Shown: in pieces, positions 44,487-54,376 of the stretch | Layout of the letters: every line of letters begins with the position of its first letter | Position numbering within the stretch: the stretch's first letter is position 1 | Source of the DNA: a virus | DNA: 64,000 nucleotides | Strand: one strand, 5' to 3' | IMG/VR virus record: IMGVR_UViG_3300033146_001994 | Coordinates: 23,548 to 87,547 of that record | Notes under the pieces: generated by a model | Database searches by the model: none | What the model saw: the letters and a program-made list of their open reading frames with translations, nothing else | Told to the model about the DNA's origin: nothing | Made by a program: the position numbers and the translations under genes

Positions 44487-47400
44487 ATGAAGTGTGTAAA
44501 TAAGAATAGCTTAGAATATAAAGCAGCATTGGAGATACTTGAAGATGTTAGTAAAGTAGATGCACTTACCCTAGCTTGTGGCAGAATACCTACTAAAAAA
44601 GAAGCCTTAAAATTTAAAAGTTCATTTGACCCTGTTACAGATGTTGACCCTACCAATCCTGAAAATTCAATTTCTAAATTTGAATCTCTTATAAGTGCAA
44701 AAAAAGATAGAAATAATAGAGTACTGCGCAGAATAAATGCTAATAAGGTAAAAACACTTAAACTTAGAAAATCTTTATTAAAAAACGGTGCTACTAAAGA
44801 ACAATTAAAAACAAATAAAGATTTAAAAGCTTTAATGTTAACACGAAATAAATTAGAAAAGACTTATACAGACTTAAAACGAGATATTGATGAATTATAT
44901 TCAGTAGACAAAATAGACGTTATTGAAAAGTTTGCAATAAAAGACTTAAACGTTATTACACGTCTTTTAAAAAAGCCAAATAAAACAGCTACAGATTTAG
45001 TAGATGCAATAGGTCTAATACGTACATGGAAAAATATATTAAATTTATCCACTACAAATATATTCACAGAAGAAGAATTAACCTCTAAACTTACATGGGT
45101 AATAAAGACACAAGAACTAATGTCAAAATACAGTGTAATGTTTGACCAAAAATTTAACGAGATAATTCCTATTGTAGATAAATTGTATCAACAATTAGGT
45201 GAAGAAGCATTTAAAGAAACCTTGACAGATGAGCTTAGGGCATACTTTACTAATTTATCAGAAGTAGGAAATGTTGGAGGTATTGGACAAGGCAAAGCAC
45301 TGCTATTTTCTATTGCAGAAAGTCATGAGCCTAGTTACCAGCTTTTACATCAAATGTATAAAACAGCAATGAGTACTGCTAATGCAGAAATTGATGATTT
45401 AGCCACTAGGATAGCAAAAGCTTTTAAAGATATAACTACAGACGAATTAGATTTATTTTATCAAAGAGCTTCTAATACAGATAATAGGCAAGTATCTTCT
45501 TTAGTAAGCGCTTTTACGTATGAGTATGAGACAAGAAAACAAGATATTATAGATAACTTGAATAGGAAAACTAATTCTATATTTTTAAATACCAAACTTA
45601 CTAACAAAGAAAGACTTCAACGTCTTAAAAAACTAAATTTTCAAACATCTAAGGCTTTAAATTCCATTAGTACTGTGATAGACCCCAACTTGTTATATAC
45701 CATACCTAAACAAGAACAAAAATATGTGAGGGATGATAAATTTACTGTTGAAGGAGCTAAAACGTATAAGCAAAAGCTGTTAAAGATGTTAAATGGCAAT
45801 ACCCATTTACTAGAAAGATTTTTAAGGCAGGTAGATGAAAATGTTACTTTATATAGGCAAAAATTAGAAATTGCAATAGAAAATATTAAGGAAGAATATC
45901 CTGAGGATATAGTTTTACAAGAAGCCCTAATTGACGAGTTTATACAAAATAATTCACCTTTTATTAAAGCACATAGTTATAAAACTGGAAATATTACAGC
46001 TAAGAGTATTAGAGCAGGTATATTTGATAGTGAACATGTAGTTACCATTGCAAATAAAACTGATTCAGATGGCAATGCTACTAATTTTTATGATGGTAAT
46101 TTTACTAAAATAATGTCAAATGAGAAGTTAGCAAAAGCATATTGGCTCGCTCATGCTATATATACGAGTGCTTACCAAACAATACCAAATGACCAACTAG
46201 AGGGTGCACATATGCTAGCTATATTTCCTGTTGAAAAGAACTTAATGGAGAATTTTGCTAAGGATGGTGTAATTACAGGCATAAAAACATTATATGATAA
46301 AGTTAGAATGTTCGGAACTGCACAAGAGAATGCGCCTATACCTGCACAAATGTATCAAAAAACACAATTAGAGGGAGTAAATAATCCATTTAAACAATTA
46401 ATTCCATTTCTTAAACAGAAGAAAATTTCATATGCAGCGCTACATAACAATGAGAGTGTATCTCCTAAGTTAATAAATGATTGGAAAATAGAATATCTTA
46501 ATGAGGTATCTAAAAATAATTCAAAAGATTTTACTAAGGTATTACAGGGATTTGCAGCAGCTACAATAGTATATAATAATAAAGCATTAATAGAGGATTC
46601 TACTTTTTTAATGCATTCAATGATTAATACTTTCATCAGTAATAAAATTTTAGACAGTAATACTTCTACAGATAAATTTAATAAAAAGAATGCGGCAAAA
46701 TTACAAAACAGTTTAGATACCCTGAATAATACTTTGTCTATTTTTTATGGTTATCATCCTAAACAAAAAACACAAAAATCTAAAAAAGCTCTTACAAGTG
46801 TAAAACTACAAGATAAAGAAGCATATAAAAAACTAGAGGACACAAAGAAAGACTTAGAAACATTATTTGAAAGTAAAAAAATAACAGCTGTTGAATTGGC
46901 TAGAGAATATAAAGAGATTGCAAAAGCTAAAAGAGCATTAGAATTTGATAGAGATTTAACCACTATTTTAGATGGATTAAACGCTTATATCAGAATGAAA
47001 ACTATTGGGTGGAATGTTTTCTCAGGGATGTCTAATATATTATTTGGTATTGTAGCTAATACAATGATTGCTTCTGATGGCAGGGTAATAAATTCAAAGA
47101 ATCTTGCAATAGCATATAAAATGGTAATGTCATCTGTACTCAAATCTAACTCCATGGGAATCTTTGCAACACCTCTTGCTAAAAAGATTTCTAACATAAT
47201 GAGTAGACATGATATATTTAAAAAGTCTAAATATGAAATTGCAGAAAAAGGTATTAATACAGGTAGAAAAGAATCAACACTTCTAAGCACCCTTTCACCA
47301 TGGAACTTTATGGAAAGAGGTGAGTATTTTAATCAAGCTCCTCTTGTAATAGCAATGCTATTATCTAATACTGTAACTATTGATGGAAAAGAAGTTAGCA

Positions 47401-48443
47401 TGTTTGATGCAATGCTAGAGGATGGCTCTTTCAAAGATGGTGTTAGTGAAGAAGATATTGCTAAATTTCATAGAACTAAAAGTGCTATGGACAGATTGAT
47501 AGCTAGAGGTCATGGTAACTATGATACAAAGGAATCTCCATTATTACTGAATAATAAAATAATGTACAGATTAATAAAAACATTTAAAACATGGATGCCA
47601 CAAGCATATTATACCAGATTTGGAGAAGAAAGACCGTCATTTGCAACTGGTACGGTAGAAAAAGGTAGATACCTTTCATATAAAGATTCTATAAAAACTG
47701 GAATAGGTGGCAGGTCAAGAATGGGTTCTACTGCTTTTATAGCAAAACAGCTACTTAAAAAAGTATATTCTAATACTGGATTTGATTACTATTATAATAC
47801 ACTTGATAAATCTAAAACTTTATCTGTAGAAGATTATGAACAGTTAGAAAAAGAAGAAAAAGAAAACTATACAAGGTCAATGACAGCTGTAGATGCTGCA
47901 AATATGAGGGCTAATCTAACTGAATTATATTGGGTAACTGCTTCAACTGTATCAATGGCTTTAATGAGCATGTTAGCAGCTAAGATAGGTGCAGACGATG
48001 ATGATGATGATGAAACTTCAAGGTATTTATCTTATTCTATAATTAATCTTTTAGGTAGATTGCAGACAGATTTATTTATGTGGGTGTCTCCTATTGAAAT
48101 GCATACATTAGTAAAAGACCCTATAATAATAACTAAACTTGTTACTGAATCTACAAAATTAATAAGTGATTCATTCGCAATTGCTTTTGGAGATAGACCT
48201 TTACATATACAAACAGGTAGCTATGCAAAAGAAAATAGACTTACTAGGGATTTAAGTGCAGTCTTTCCTTTTACTGCACAGATTAAAACATTGAGTTCTT
48301 TAGGAAAAGGTTCTTATAAAAATAATAAGTCATTTTGGTATTACAGACTTACTGATGTATTTGGTGGAGATGATATTAAAAAACCTGTGGATAAATATGC
48401 AACAGATGAAGAAGATGATATAGGTTATTCTGATTATCAATAA
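44487..48443 (+). CDS. Large virion/ejection protein
   Basis: 1318 aa helical protein after RNAP; HGNYD..FKTWMP..RFG motif is typical of podophage internal proteins. Confidence 0.6.
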   Translation: MKCVNKNSLEYKAALEILEDVSKVDALTLACGRIPTKKEALKFKSSFDPVTDVDPTNPENSISKFESLISAKKDRNNRVLRRINANKVKTLKLRKSLLKNGATKEQLKTNKDLKALMLTRNKLEKTYTDLKRDIDELYSVDKIDVIEKFAIKDLNVITRLLKKPNKTATDLVDAIGLIRTWKNILNLSTTNIFTEEELTSKLTWVIKTQELMSKYSVMFDQKFNEIIPIVDKLYQQLGEEAFKETLTDELRAYFTNLSEVGNVGGIGQGKALLFSIAESHEPSYQLLHQMYKTAMSTANAEIDDLATRIAKAFKDITTDELDLFYQRASNTDNRQVSSLVSAFTYEYETRKQDIIDNLNRKTNSIFLNTKLTNKERLQRLKKLNFQTSKALNSISTVIDPNLLYTIPKQEQKYVRDDKFTVEGAKTYKQKLLKMLNGNTHLLERFLRQVDENVTLYRQKLEIAIENIKEEYPEDIVLQEALIDEFIQNNSPFIKAHSYKTGNITAKSIRAGIFDSEHVVTIANKTDSDGNATNFYDGNFTKIMSNEKLAKAYWLAHAIYTSAYQTIPNDQLEGAHMLAIFPVEKNLMENFAKDGVITGIKTLYDKVRMFGTAQENAPIPAQMYQKTQLEGVNNPFKQLIPFLKQKKISYAALHNNESVSPKLINDWKIEYLNEVSKNNSKDFTKVLQGFAAATIVYNNKALIEDSTFLMHSMINTFISNKILDSNTSTDKFNKKNAAKLQNSLDTLNNTLSIFYGYHPKQKTQKSKKALTSVKLQDKEAYKKLEDTKKDLETLFESKKITAVELAREYKEIAKAKRALEFDRDLTTILDGLNAYIRMKTIGWNVFSGMSNILFGIVANTMIASDGRVINSKNLAIAYKMVMSSVLKSNSMGIFATPLAKKISNIMSRHDIFKKSKYEIAEKGINTGRKESTLLSTLSPWNFMERGEYFNQAPLVIAMLLSNTVTIDGKEVSMFDAMLEDGSFKDGVSEEDIAKFHRTKSAMDRLIARGHGNYDTKESPLLLNNKIMYRLIKTFKTWMPQAYYTRFGEERPSFATGTVEKGRYLSYKDSIKTGIGGRSRMGSTAFIAKQLLKKVYSNTGFDYYYNTLDKSKTLSVEDYEQLEKEEKENYTRSMTAVDAANMRANLTELYWVTASTVSMALMSMLAAKIGADDDDDDETSRYLSYSIINLLGRLQTDLFMWVSPIEMHTLVKDPIIITKLVTESTKLISDSFAIAFGDRPLHIQTGSYAKENRLTRDLSAVFPFTAQIKTLSSLGKGSYKNNKSFWYYRLTDVFGGDDIKKPVDKYATDEEDDIGYSDYQ

Positions 48444-48470
48444 AAATACTTTTTGTGTTTTGTTAGTTTT

Positions 48471-48511
48471 GGGAAAGTGGCTCATTAGAAATAATACCAC
48501 TTTCCCTTTTT
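48471..48511. terminator. Terminator hairpin between convergent operons
   Basis: GGGAAAGTGG-N16-CCACTTTCCC followed by TTTTT, between convergent ORFs. Confidence 0.7.
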
Positions 48512-48513
48512 AT

Positions 48514-48939
48514 TTACCTGTTTTCAAATACTGTAACTATATCAATTCCCTCTAGCATTAAAATAATATCTGCGTGTAAAGAATTTTCTAAAGGTTTCTC
48601 TATGAATATATAATATTTTAATAGTAAGTTATTAGATAAAATAGGAATTGCTTCAAATTTATAGGTTTTTCCTGCATCTTCTCTATTTTTTAATTTAAAA
48701 GAGATAACTCTAAACTCATCATCTACATAACTTGCCATTATCAAGGTATCATTAGTTGTATTTAAGTAAAACTTAGCAAGTCCTAGTTTATAAGTATGTG
48801 TTTTCTCTGTTTTAATATTGTAGTCATAAATAGAGTAGGATACATATAAACGTGCTGGCAAAAGGTGTGATTGTGCTGTTACGCTTAATGCCAATCCTAG
48901 TAAAATTATTAATATAAAATTTTTCATAATATTATTCAT
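48514..48939 (-). CDS. Secreted/periplasmic hypothetical protein
   Basis: Sec-type signal peptide MKNFILIILLGLALSVTAQ; overlaps the groEL stop. Confidence 0.55.
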   Translation of the reverse strand: MNNIMKNFILIILLGLALSVTAQSHLLPARLYVSYSIYDYNIKTEKTHTYKLGLAKFYLNTTNDTLIMASYVDDEFRVISFKLKNREDAGKTYKFEAIPILSNNLLLKYYIFIEKPLENSLHADIILMLEGIDIVTVFENR

Positions 48940-50524
48940 TAATTAATTCTTCTGCAATTACACACTCTGTTGTTAAGAAAGTACCTGCTACTGATGCTGC
49001 ATTTTCTAAGGCTGTCATAGTAACTAGTGTAGGGTCAATAATGCCCTCTTCTAACATATTACACATTCTATTGTTTTTAACATCATAGCCAATTCCCTTT
49101 CCTGCTTTATTAATCTTTTTAGTTATCTTTTTAACATTCAATCCTGCATTAAGAATTATCTGCTTTAATGGAACTTTCAAAGCTTTAAACAACAATTTTT
49201 CTCCTAAACTATTGTCTTTTCTAGCCAATAATTCATTAGCGATATGATAAAGAACTGCACCTCCTCCTGGAACTATACCCTCCTTTACAGCTGATTTTGT
49301 AGAGTTCAAAGCATCCTCTACTCTATCCTTTAATTCGTCCATTTCCATCTTAGAAATACCCCCTACATATATAATACAAACCTTTCCAAGTAATTTACCT
49401 CTACGTTGCATTAATCTTTCTTTATCGTAATTAGAATGTGAAATAGCTAAATCGTTGTCAATCTGCTCAATTCTTTTAGTAATTACTTCTTTGCTAGAAT
49501 TACCTCCAATTATAGTAGTATCTTCTTTACCAACAATAACCTTAATAGCATCTCCTAAAATTGTAGGAATCTTTGTAGCATCAATATTACGTAAATTACT
49601 TATAGTATTTCTATCTATTGCAGATGCGCCTGTTACTGCTGCAATATCTAACATATTTTCAATCTGTGTCGTACTAAAAGATGGAGTTTTAATAGCTACT
49701 CCTTGAAATTTCATTTCATATAAGTTCTGATTAAATATCTGTAAAGCTTCATTCTTTAAATCATCTACAAACATTACAATAGGTCTGCCTTTATCTACTG
49801 AATACTTCATGAAAGGAATAATATCTGTTGCCTTTGAAAAGACATAATTACTTACAAATATAATTGGATTGTCAAATTCACAAGTACGCTTCTTTACATT
49901 AGTAATCATTAAAGGAGACATGTAACCTCCATTAACCTGCATTCCCTCTAAGTTATCAATGTAAGTATCAAAGTTTTGAGACTTTTCTATTTCAATAACT
50001 CCATCATTACCTACACTTGACAAAGCTGCTTTAATAAGTTTACCTACCTTTGTACTATTATTAGCAGAAATTGTAGCAACATTCTCTATAGCTTGTAAGT
50101 CATTTGATACTTCAATTGAACTAGATTTTAACTTAGATAATACATCTGTAACTCCCTTGTCTATACCATCCTTTAATGCTACTGAACTTATTCTTTTACT
50201 CTTCTTTAAAAGAGATAAACCATTAGATATAATAGCTTCTGTTAATACTATTGCTGTTGTAGTACCATCACCTGCTATGTCATTAGTCCTTAAGGCTGCT
50301 TCCTTTGCTATAGTAGCTCCAATGTCCTTGAAAGGGTCTTTTAAATATACATTTATTGCTACTGTTACTCCATCCTTTGTGATTGAGGGTACTCCTAACT
50401 TACGCTCGTATATAACATTTCTACCTTTTGCTCCCAAAGTTACCTTTACTGCTTTAGATAACTCCTGTACCCCTGAAAATACAGCCTGCCTTGAATCTGT
50501 ATCAAACTTTAATAACTTACTCAT
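48932..50524 (-). CDS. groEL: Chaperonin GroEL (Cpn60)
   Basis: VKVTLGAKGRNV, ITKDGVTVA, AGDGTTTA, GIVPGGG, GIIDPT and ALENAASVA motifs; no GGM tail. Confidence 0.95.
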   Translation of the reverse strand: MSKLLKFDTDSRQAVFSGVQELSKAVKVTLGAKGRNVIYERKLGVPSITKDGVTVAINVYLKDPFKDIGATIAKEAALRTNDIAGDGTTTAIVLTEAIISNGLSLLKKSKRISSVALKDGIDKGVTDVLSKLKSSSIEVSNDLQAIENVATISANNSTKVGKLIKAALSSVGNDGVIEIEKSQNFDTYIDNLEGMQVNGGYMSPLMITNVKKRTCEFDNPIIFVSNYVFSKATDIIPFMKYSVDKGRPIVMFVDDLKNEALQIFNQNLYEMKFQGVAIKTPSFSTTQIENMLDIAAVTGASAIDRNTISNLRNIDATKIPTILGDAIKVIVGKEDTTIIGGNSSKEVITKRIEQIDNDLAISHSNYDKERLMQRRGKLLGKVCIIYVGGISKMEMDELKDRVEDALNSTKSAVKEGIVPGGGAVLYHIANELLARKDNSLGEKLLFKALKVPLKQIILNAGLNVKKITKKINKAGKGIGYDVKNNRMCNMLEEGIIDPTLVTMTALENAASVAGTFLTTECVIAEELINE

Positions 50525-50556
50525 ATTTGTGTATTATTAGTTAATATTAATTATTA

Positions 50557-50564
50557 CAAAGCTA
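50557..50564 (-). promoter_or_regulatory. Bacteroidota -7 promoter element for groEL
   Basis: TAGCTTTG on the minus strand, ~33 nt upstream of the groEL ATG. Confidence 0.5.
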
Positions 50565-50710
50565 ACATTTTTTGAGAATAAAAACCTTAAAATTTTTTTA
50601 TAATTTTTTTTTAAATTGTGGGAATGGATGAGAGTGATGACCTCCTTATAAGAAACCCCCACTAAACTTCGAGCGTAATGGTGCGCTCCACTAATATAGG
50701 AGATAAAGAC

Positions 50711-50995
50711 ATGGCTAGTGTAAATTTAGTTAAGAAAGAGACCTTAAAGAGTTATTTAACCACCAATGGTCTTAAAGGCAAGAAAGTACTTGCATGGTAT
50801 TTAGCTAAGAACAGTGACAAGAGTTACCGTTATTTAGTAGTAAATGATGCAGTCATAATGGATTGTGCCAGTGATGTGGATACTAACTGTCCAATGGTGG
50901 TAATGCATTATGAAAATCTAGAAACAGGCAGAAGCTGGTGTAGGCTAGAGAATGAATTACAGATAGACACAACTAAAGATGTTGTGGAGTTCTGA
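50711..50995 (+). CDS. Hypothetical protein (first gene of the divergent block)
   Basis: Within ORF 50678-50995; AGGAG precedes ATG 50711. Confidence 0.5.
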   Translation: MASVNLVKKETLKSYLTTNGLKGKKVLAWYLAKNSDKSYRYLVVNDAVIMDCASDVDTNCPMVVMHYENLETGRSWCRLENELQIDTTKDVVEF

Positions 50996-51062
50996 GGTAG
51001 AGGGCACAACAGCCCTTTCCTTAACCGTTGACATTCTATACAAACCTTTTAAGATATATACC

Positions 51063-51269
51063 ATGAAATATGATAAGACAGTATTAGTTATAATCATGCT
51101 AGTAGGCATGACAGTTATGATAAGTGGTACTGTATTAGTCAGTATACATACTGATATAGTATTTTTAATCTTTGCACCTGCAATTGGGGCATTACTATTC
51201 TTCATGTCATTGGAGAATTTTATAAAGATTAAACAGATGGAGAATAGAGACAAAGTAATAAAGATATAG
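51063..51269 (+). CDS. Small two-TM membrane protein
   Basis: MKYDKTVLVIIMLVG... with two hydrophobic helices; part of ORF 50979-51269. Confidence 0.45.
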   Translation: MKYDKTVLVIIMLVGMTVMISGTVLVSIHTDIVFLIFAPAIGALLFFMSLENFIKIKQMENRDKVIKI

Positions 51270-51419
51270 TCTACTCCTATAGACAGTACACCTAAGCATG
51301 TGTATAAACTGCTAAAAAACTCAATAACTTTCCAAGATGTTGAGGACACCAGTTTCTTTAGGTAAAACTAAAGTTTTAGGTGTAAAACACAATTTAACTA
51401 AACTAAGAAAGGACTTATT

Positions 51420-51620
51420 ATGGACATTACAGACGCTTTAACAACATGGTATCATATGGGCTATACAGCTGATTCATACTATGATGAGAATGAAAACTAT
51501 AACATAGACTTTATTGCAAATGGTGAAGTCGTTGGTAGTATTAAAACTGTAAAAGATTCAATTCAATGGGATTATCCTAGAGAATTGTTGCAGTTTAAAA
51601 GCGATTTATTGCAATATTAG
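51420..51620 (+). CDS. Hypothetical protein
   Basis: 66-aa ORF with AAGGA upstream. Confidence 0.45.
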   Translation: MDITDALTTWYHMGYTADSYYDENENYNIDFIANGEVVGSIKTVKDSIQWDYPRELLQFKSDLLQY

Positions 51621-51909
51621 ATAGTAGAAAAAGCTTTTAACATGCTGAGTATAGGGAGGATATAGAACCAGTAATTTCCTCCCTCAATTCAGCTTCATTT
51701 ACCCTCAACCATTTCACACGTTGATATAATAATATGACATAATATCGACTACATATTACAACGCACATTTCATTAATTAACACTTTAAACATACACTTAT
51801 GAAGAATTTAAGAGAATTCAGGTTATCTGAGGAATTTTACGCATTATTAATAATAACGGCGTTTATTTTGCAAGTAGTATTAGCATTATTTATAGCTTAA
51901 TATAGAATA

Positions 51910-52116
51910 ATGTTAGTATTCAGGTTAGAAACTCAGAAAAAAGCGTGGTTAGCCACAGCAGACACTTTAAAGCAGGAACTTTTGAAAGCAGAATTTCCTG
52001 TAAGTATTTCCAAAATCAGAAAGAAGAAAAATAGCATTAGCTACAAATTCATTGGTAAAGGGGATACACAGAGCATAGTAAATTTAATAAACAATTCACT
52101 TAGTAAAAACTTTTAA
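51910..52116 (+). CDS. Hypothetical protein
   Basis: 68-aa ORF. Confidence 0.45.
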   Translation: MLVFRLETQKKAWLATADTLKQELLKAEFPVSISKIRKKKNSISYKFIGKGDTQSIVNLINNSLSKNF

Positions 52117-52128
52117 AAATTAGAAAAC

Positions 52129-52644
52129 ATGACAGAAGAAAAATTAAAATTTCAGAGAGTTTTAAATTCAATTAATTTAGTAACAGAACCAGGCAAATAC
52201 ACTTGTAAAGTAACAAGTGTGCATTTATTTGGTGATAAATACATAGTTAACTTGAATGTAATGAACATGTATAACCGAGCAGAAGCAGTTGAGTTATACA
52301 AGGCAGGAGAGTATGTTGAAGCAGCAAATAAAGCACAAAGTTTCAATGTATGGATTGATGAAGAAACTGGAGAGGTAAGAGGATTTTTACCACAAAAGGG
52401 AGAATATGTAAACATAATCATGGATTATGTTACATTAAAGACTGGTGAAGAAGCTTTGTTAGTAGTTTCAGTAAGTGAGATTAAAGCAAAGAAAACTCGC
52501 AAGCTTGACATTGAAAGTATTATTGATGATATTGATGATGTTGATGATGACGATACTGACAGTGTAGAGTTTGGCACTAAAAATGAACCTCTAGAAAAAG
52601 AAGAAATAGAGGAAAGCATTAAATCTGGAAAAGCTCCTTTCTAG
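52129..52644 (+). CDS. Putative single-stranded DNA-binding protein
   Basis: OB-like beta region, very acidic tail (DDIDDVDDDDTD) ending in -APF. Confidence 0.5.
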   Translation: MTEEKLKFQRVLNSINLVTEPGKYTCKVTSVHLFGDKYIVNLNVMNMYNRAEAVELYKAGEYVEAANKAQSFNVWIDEETGEVRGFLPQKGEYVNIIMDYVTLKTGEEALLVVSVSEIKAKKTRKLDIESIIDDIDDVDDDDTDSVEFGTKNEPLEKEEIEESIKSGKAPF

Positions 52645-52653
52645 TCAATAATT

Positions 52654-52682
52654 AATAGGCACTTTAAGTAGTGCCTATTTTA
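52654..52682 (+). terminator. Intrinsic terminator
   Basis: AATAGGCACT-N6-AGTGCCTATT followed by T's. Confidence 0.7.
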
Positions 52683-52725
52683 TACTTATTTTGAACTTAG
52701 TTTAAACTTATAAACCTTAGAAATT

Positions 52726-53676
52726 ATGAAAAGATATATTGTAGAAGTAGACGAAGACAGAACATGTTGGTATCTAGATGATAAATTACATAGAGAGGAT
52801 GACAAACCTGCTATTGAATCTGCAGATGGCAGTAAAGAATGGTACATTAATGGAAAACATCATAGAGAAGATGACAAACCTGCTATTGAATATTCAGATG
52901 GTAGTAAATATTGGTACATCAATAATAAACGCCATAGAGAAGATGATAAACCTGCAATAATTGATGTAAATGGGGATAGATATTGGTATCTAGATGGTAA
53001 ATTACATAGAGAAAACGATAAACCTGCTGTAATTTATACAAATGGTAAAAAAGAGTGGTATATCAATGGAAAACGTCATAGAGATAATGACAAACCTGCT
53101 ATTATAAATGAAGATGGCAGTAAAGAATGGTACAAAGATGGTAAATATAATAGGGAAGATGATAAACCTACAATTGAATACACTAACGGGGAAAAACGTT
53201 GGACTATGAATAATGAACTAGGAAGACAGAATAACAAACCTGCTATTGAATACCCAAATGGTAGTAAAGAATGGTACGTTAATGGTAAATTACATAGAGA
53301 CAACGATAAACCTGCTATTGAATATGCAGATGGAACAAAAGAATGGTATATTAATGGAAAATTACATAGAGACAATGATAAACCAGCTGCTGAATACTCA
53401 GACGGCAGTAAAGAATGGCATCTTAACGGCAAACTTCATAGAGATAATGACAAACCCGCTATTATAGATGAAGATGGTAGTAAAGATTGGTATGTAAATG
53501 GCAAACATCATAGAGAAAATGGTGCTGCCACAATTCACGCCAATGGCGATAAATTTTGGTTCCTCAATGGTATTGAATATTCTGAAAAAGAATTCAATAA
53601 AAAAGTAAATACTAAAAAACTTACTATTGCAGAAATAGAAGCAGTACTTGGCTATTCAATTAAAATAGTTAGGTAA
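52726..53676 (+). CDS. Tandem-repeat protein (24-aa WYxNGKLHRDxDKPAIEYxDGSKE repeats)
   Basis: About 11 imperfect 72-bp/24-aa repeats of a MORN-like beta-hairpin type. Confidence 0.75.
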   Translation: MKRYIVEVDEDRTCWYLDDKLHREDDKPAIESADGSKEWYINGKHHREDDKPAIEYSDGSKYWYINNKRHREDDKPAIIDVNGDRYWYLDGKLHRENDKPAVIYTNGKKEWYINGKRHRDNDKPAIINEDGSKEWYKDGKYNREDDKPTIEYTNGEKRWTMNNELGRQNNKPAIEYPNGSKEWYVNGKLHRDNDKPAIEYADGTKEWYINGKLHRDNDKPAAEYSDGSKEWHLNGKLHRDNDKPAIIDEDGSKDWYVNGKHHRENGAATIHANGDKFWFLNGIEYSEKEFNKKVNTKKLTIAEIEAVLGYSIKIVR

Positions 53677-53678
53677 TA

Positions 53679-53718
53679 AATAAAAAGCAGGTATAATTTA
53701 AAATATCTGCTTTTTATT
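53679..53718. terminator. Bidirectional terminator-like hairpin
   Basis: AATAAAAAGCAGGTAT-N8-ATATCTGCTTTTTATT. Confidence 0.7.
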
Positions 53719-53774
53719 AAAATAATAAACAACTCTATTTATAGCATATTATCAAATAAGTATTAAAAGTACGT

Positions 53775-53867
53775 TAAGTTCTATATACAGGCTATACAAA
53801 GCTACTAAGTTCTATACACATGCTATACAAAGATATTAAGTTCTAAATTCAAGCTATATAAAGCTAA
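53775..53867. repeat. Three 31-bp tandem direct repeats (non-coding)
   Basis: TAAGTTCTAtatacagGCTATACAAAGctac / TAAGTTCTAtacacatGCTATACAAAGatat / TAAGTTCTAaattcaaGCTATATAAAGctaa. Confidence 0.8.
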
Positions 53868-53933
53868 ATCGTGCGCTATAAACACAGAAAAGAAATAGAA
53901 AAAATTAAACTAATCATTAAAATCAATAATATT

Positions 53934-54332
53934 ATGAAAAATAATAATTTAGAAGTCGCTTTAACAAAAGAGGTATGCATAATCTGCGGTAAAGAAATGG
54001 ATGGTGCAATAGTAATGAACACTTTTTTTACTGAACATGAAGCTAATAAAGTTAAAGAGCTACATAATAAAGCAGTAGGGTTTGCAAAAGAGCCGTGTGA
54101 TAGTTGTAAAGCTGATATGGAGAAAGCATTTATGCTTATAGGATTTAACAAAGAAAAATCTGATTTGAGTAATTTACCTGAGGGTTTTTACAGAACAGGA
54201 CATGTTATTGGAGTAAAAAAGACTAGTGATTTAGTACAGCATTTTATAAAACCTGATTATCCTGAAGCTATGGATAGTGGATATATATTCATGCCTGATA
54301 CAGCTTTAAAAAAATTAGGATTAATAGAATAA
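53934..54332 (+). CDS. Zn-binding hypothetical protein
   Basis: CIICG and CDSC motifs; part of ORF 53871-54332, probable start ATG 53934. Confidence 0.55.
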   Translation: MKNNNLEVALTKEVCIICGKEMDGAIVMNTFFTEHEANKVKELHNKAVGFAKEPCDSCKADMEKAFMLIGFNKEKSDLSNLPEGFYRTGHVIGVKKTSDLVQHFIKPDYPEAMDSGYIFMPDTALKKLGLIE

Positions 54333-54376
54333 TACAGCCTGTAAATATAAAAATAAGAATTAAAATTAAATGAACT

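Noticed and set aside
1321-47290. Numerous short minus-strand ORFs overlapping structural genes
   Set aside because: Antisense shadows of long + strand genes with Ser/Leu/Phe-rich composition and no motifs.
1-48443. Stop-codon reassignment (seen in some crAss-like phages)
   Set aside because: Very long uninterrupted ORFs in the standard code (up to 4391 aa), and TAG ends genes such as the portal at plausible positions.
50580-50700. Possible genome terminus or origin at the divergent junction
   Set aside because: A T-rich tract and a composition change are present, but no terminal repeat can be shown from this window alone.
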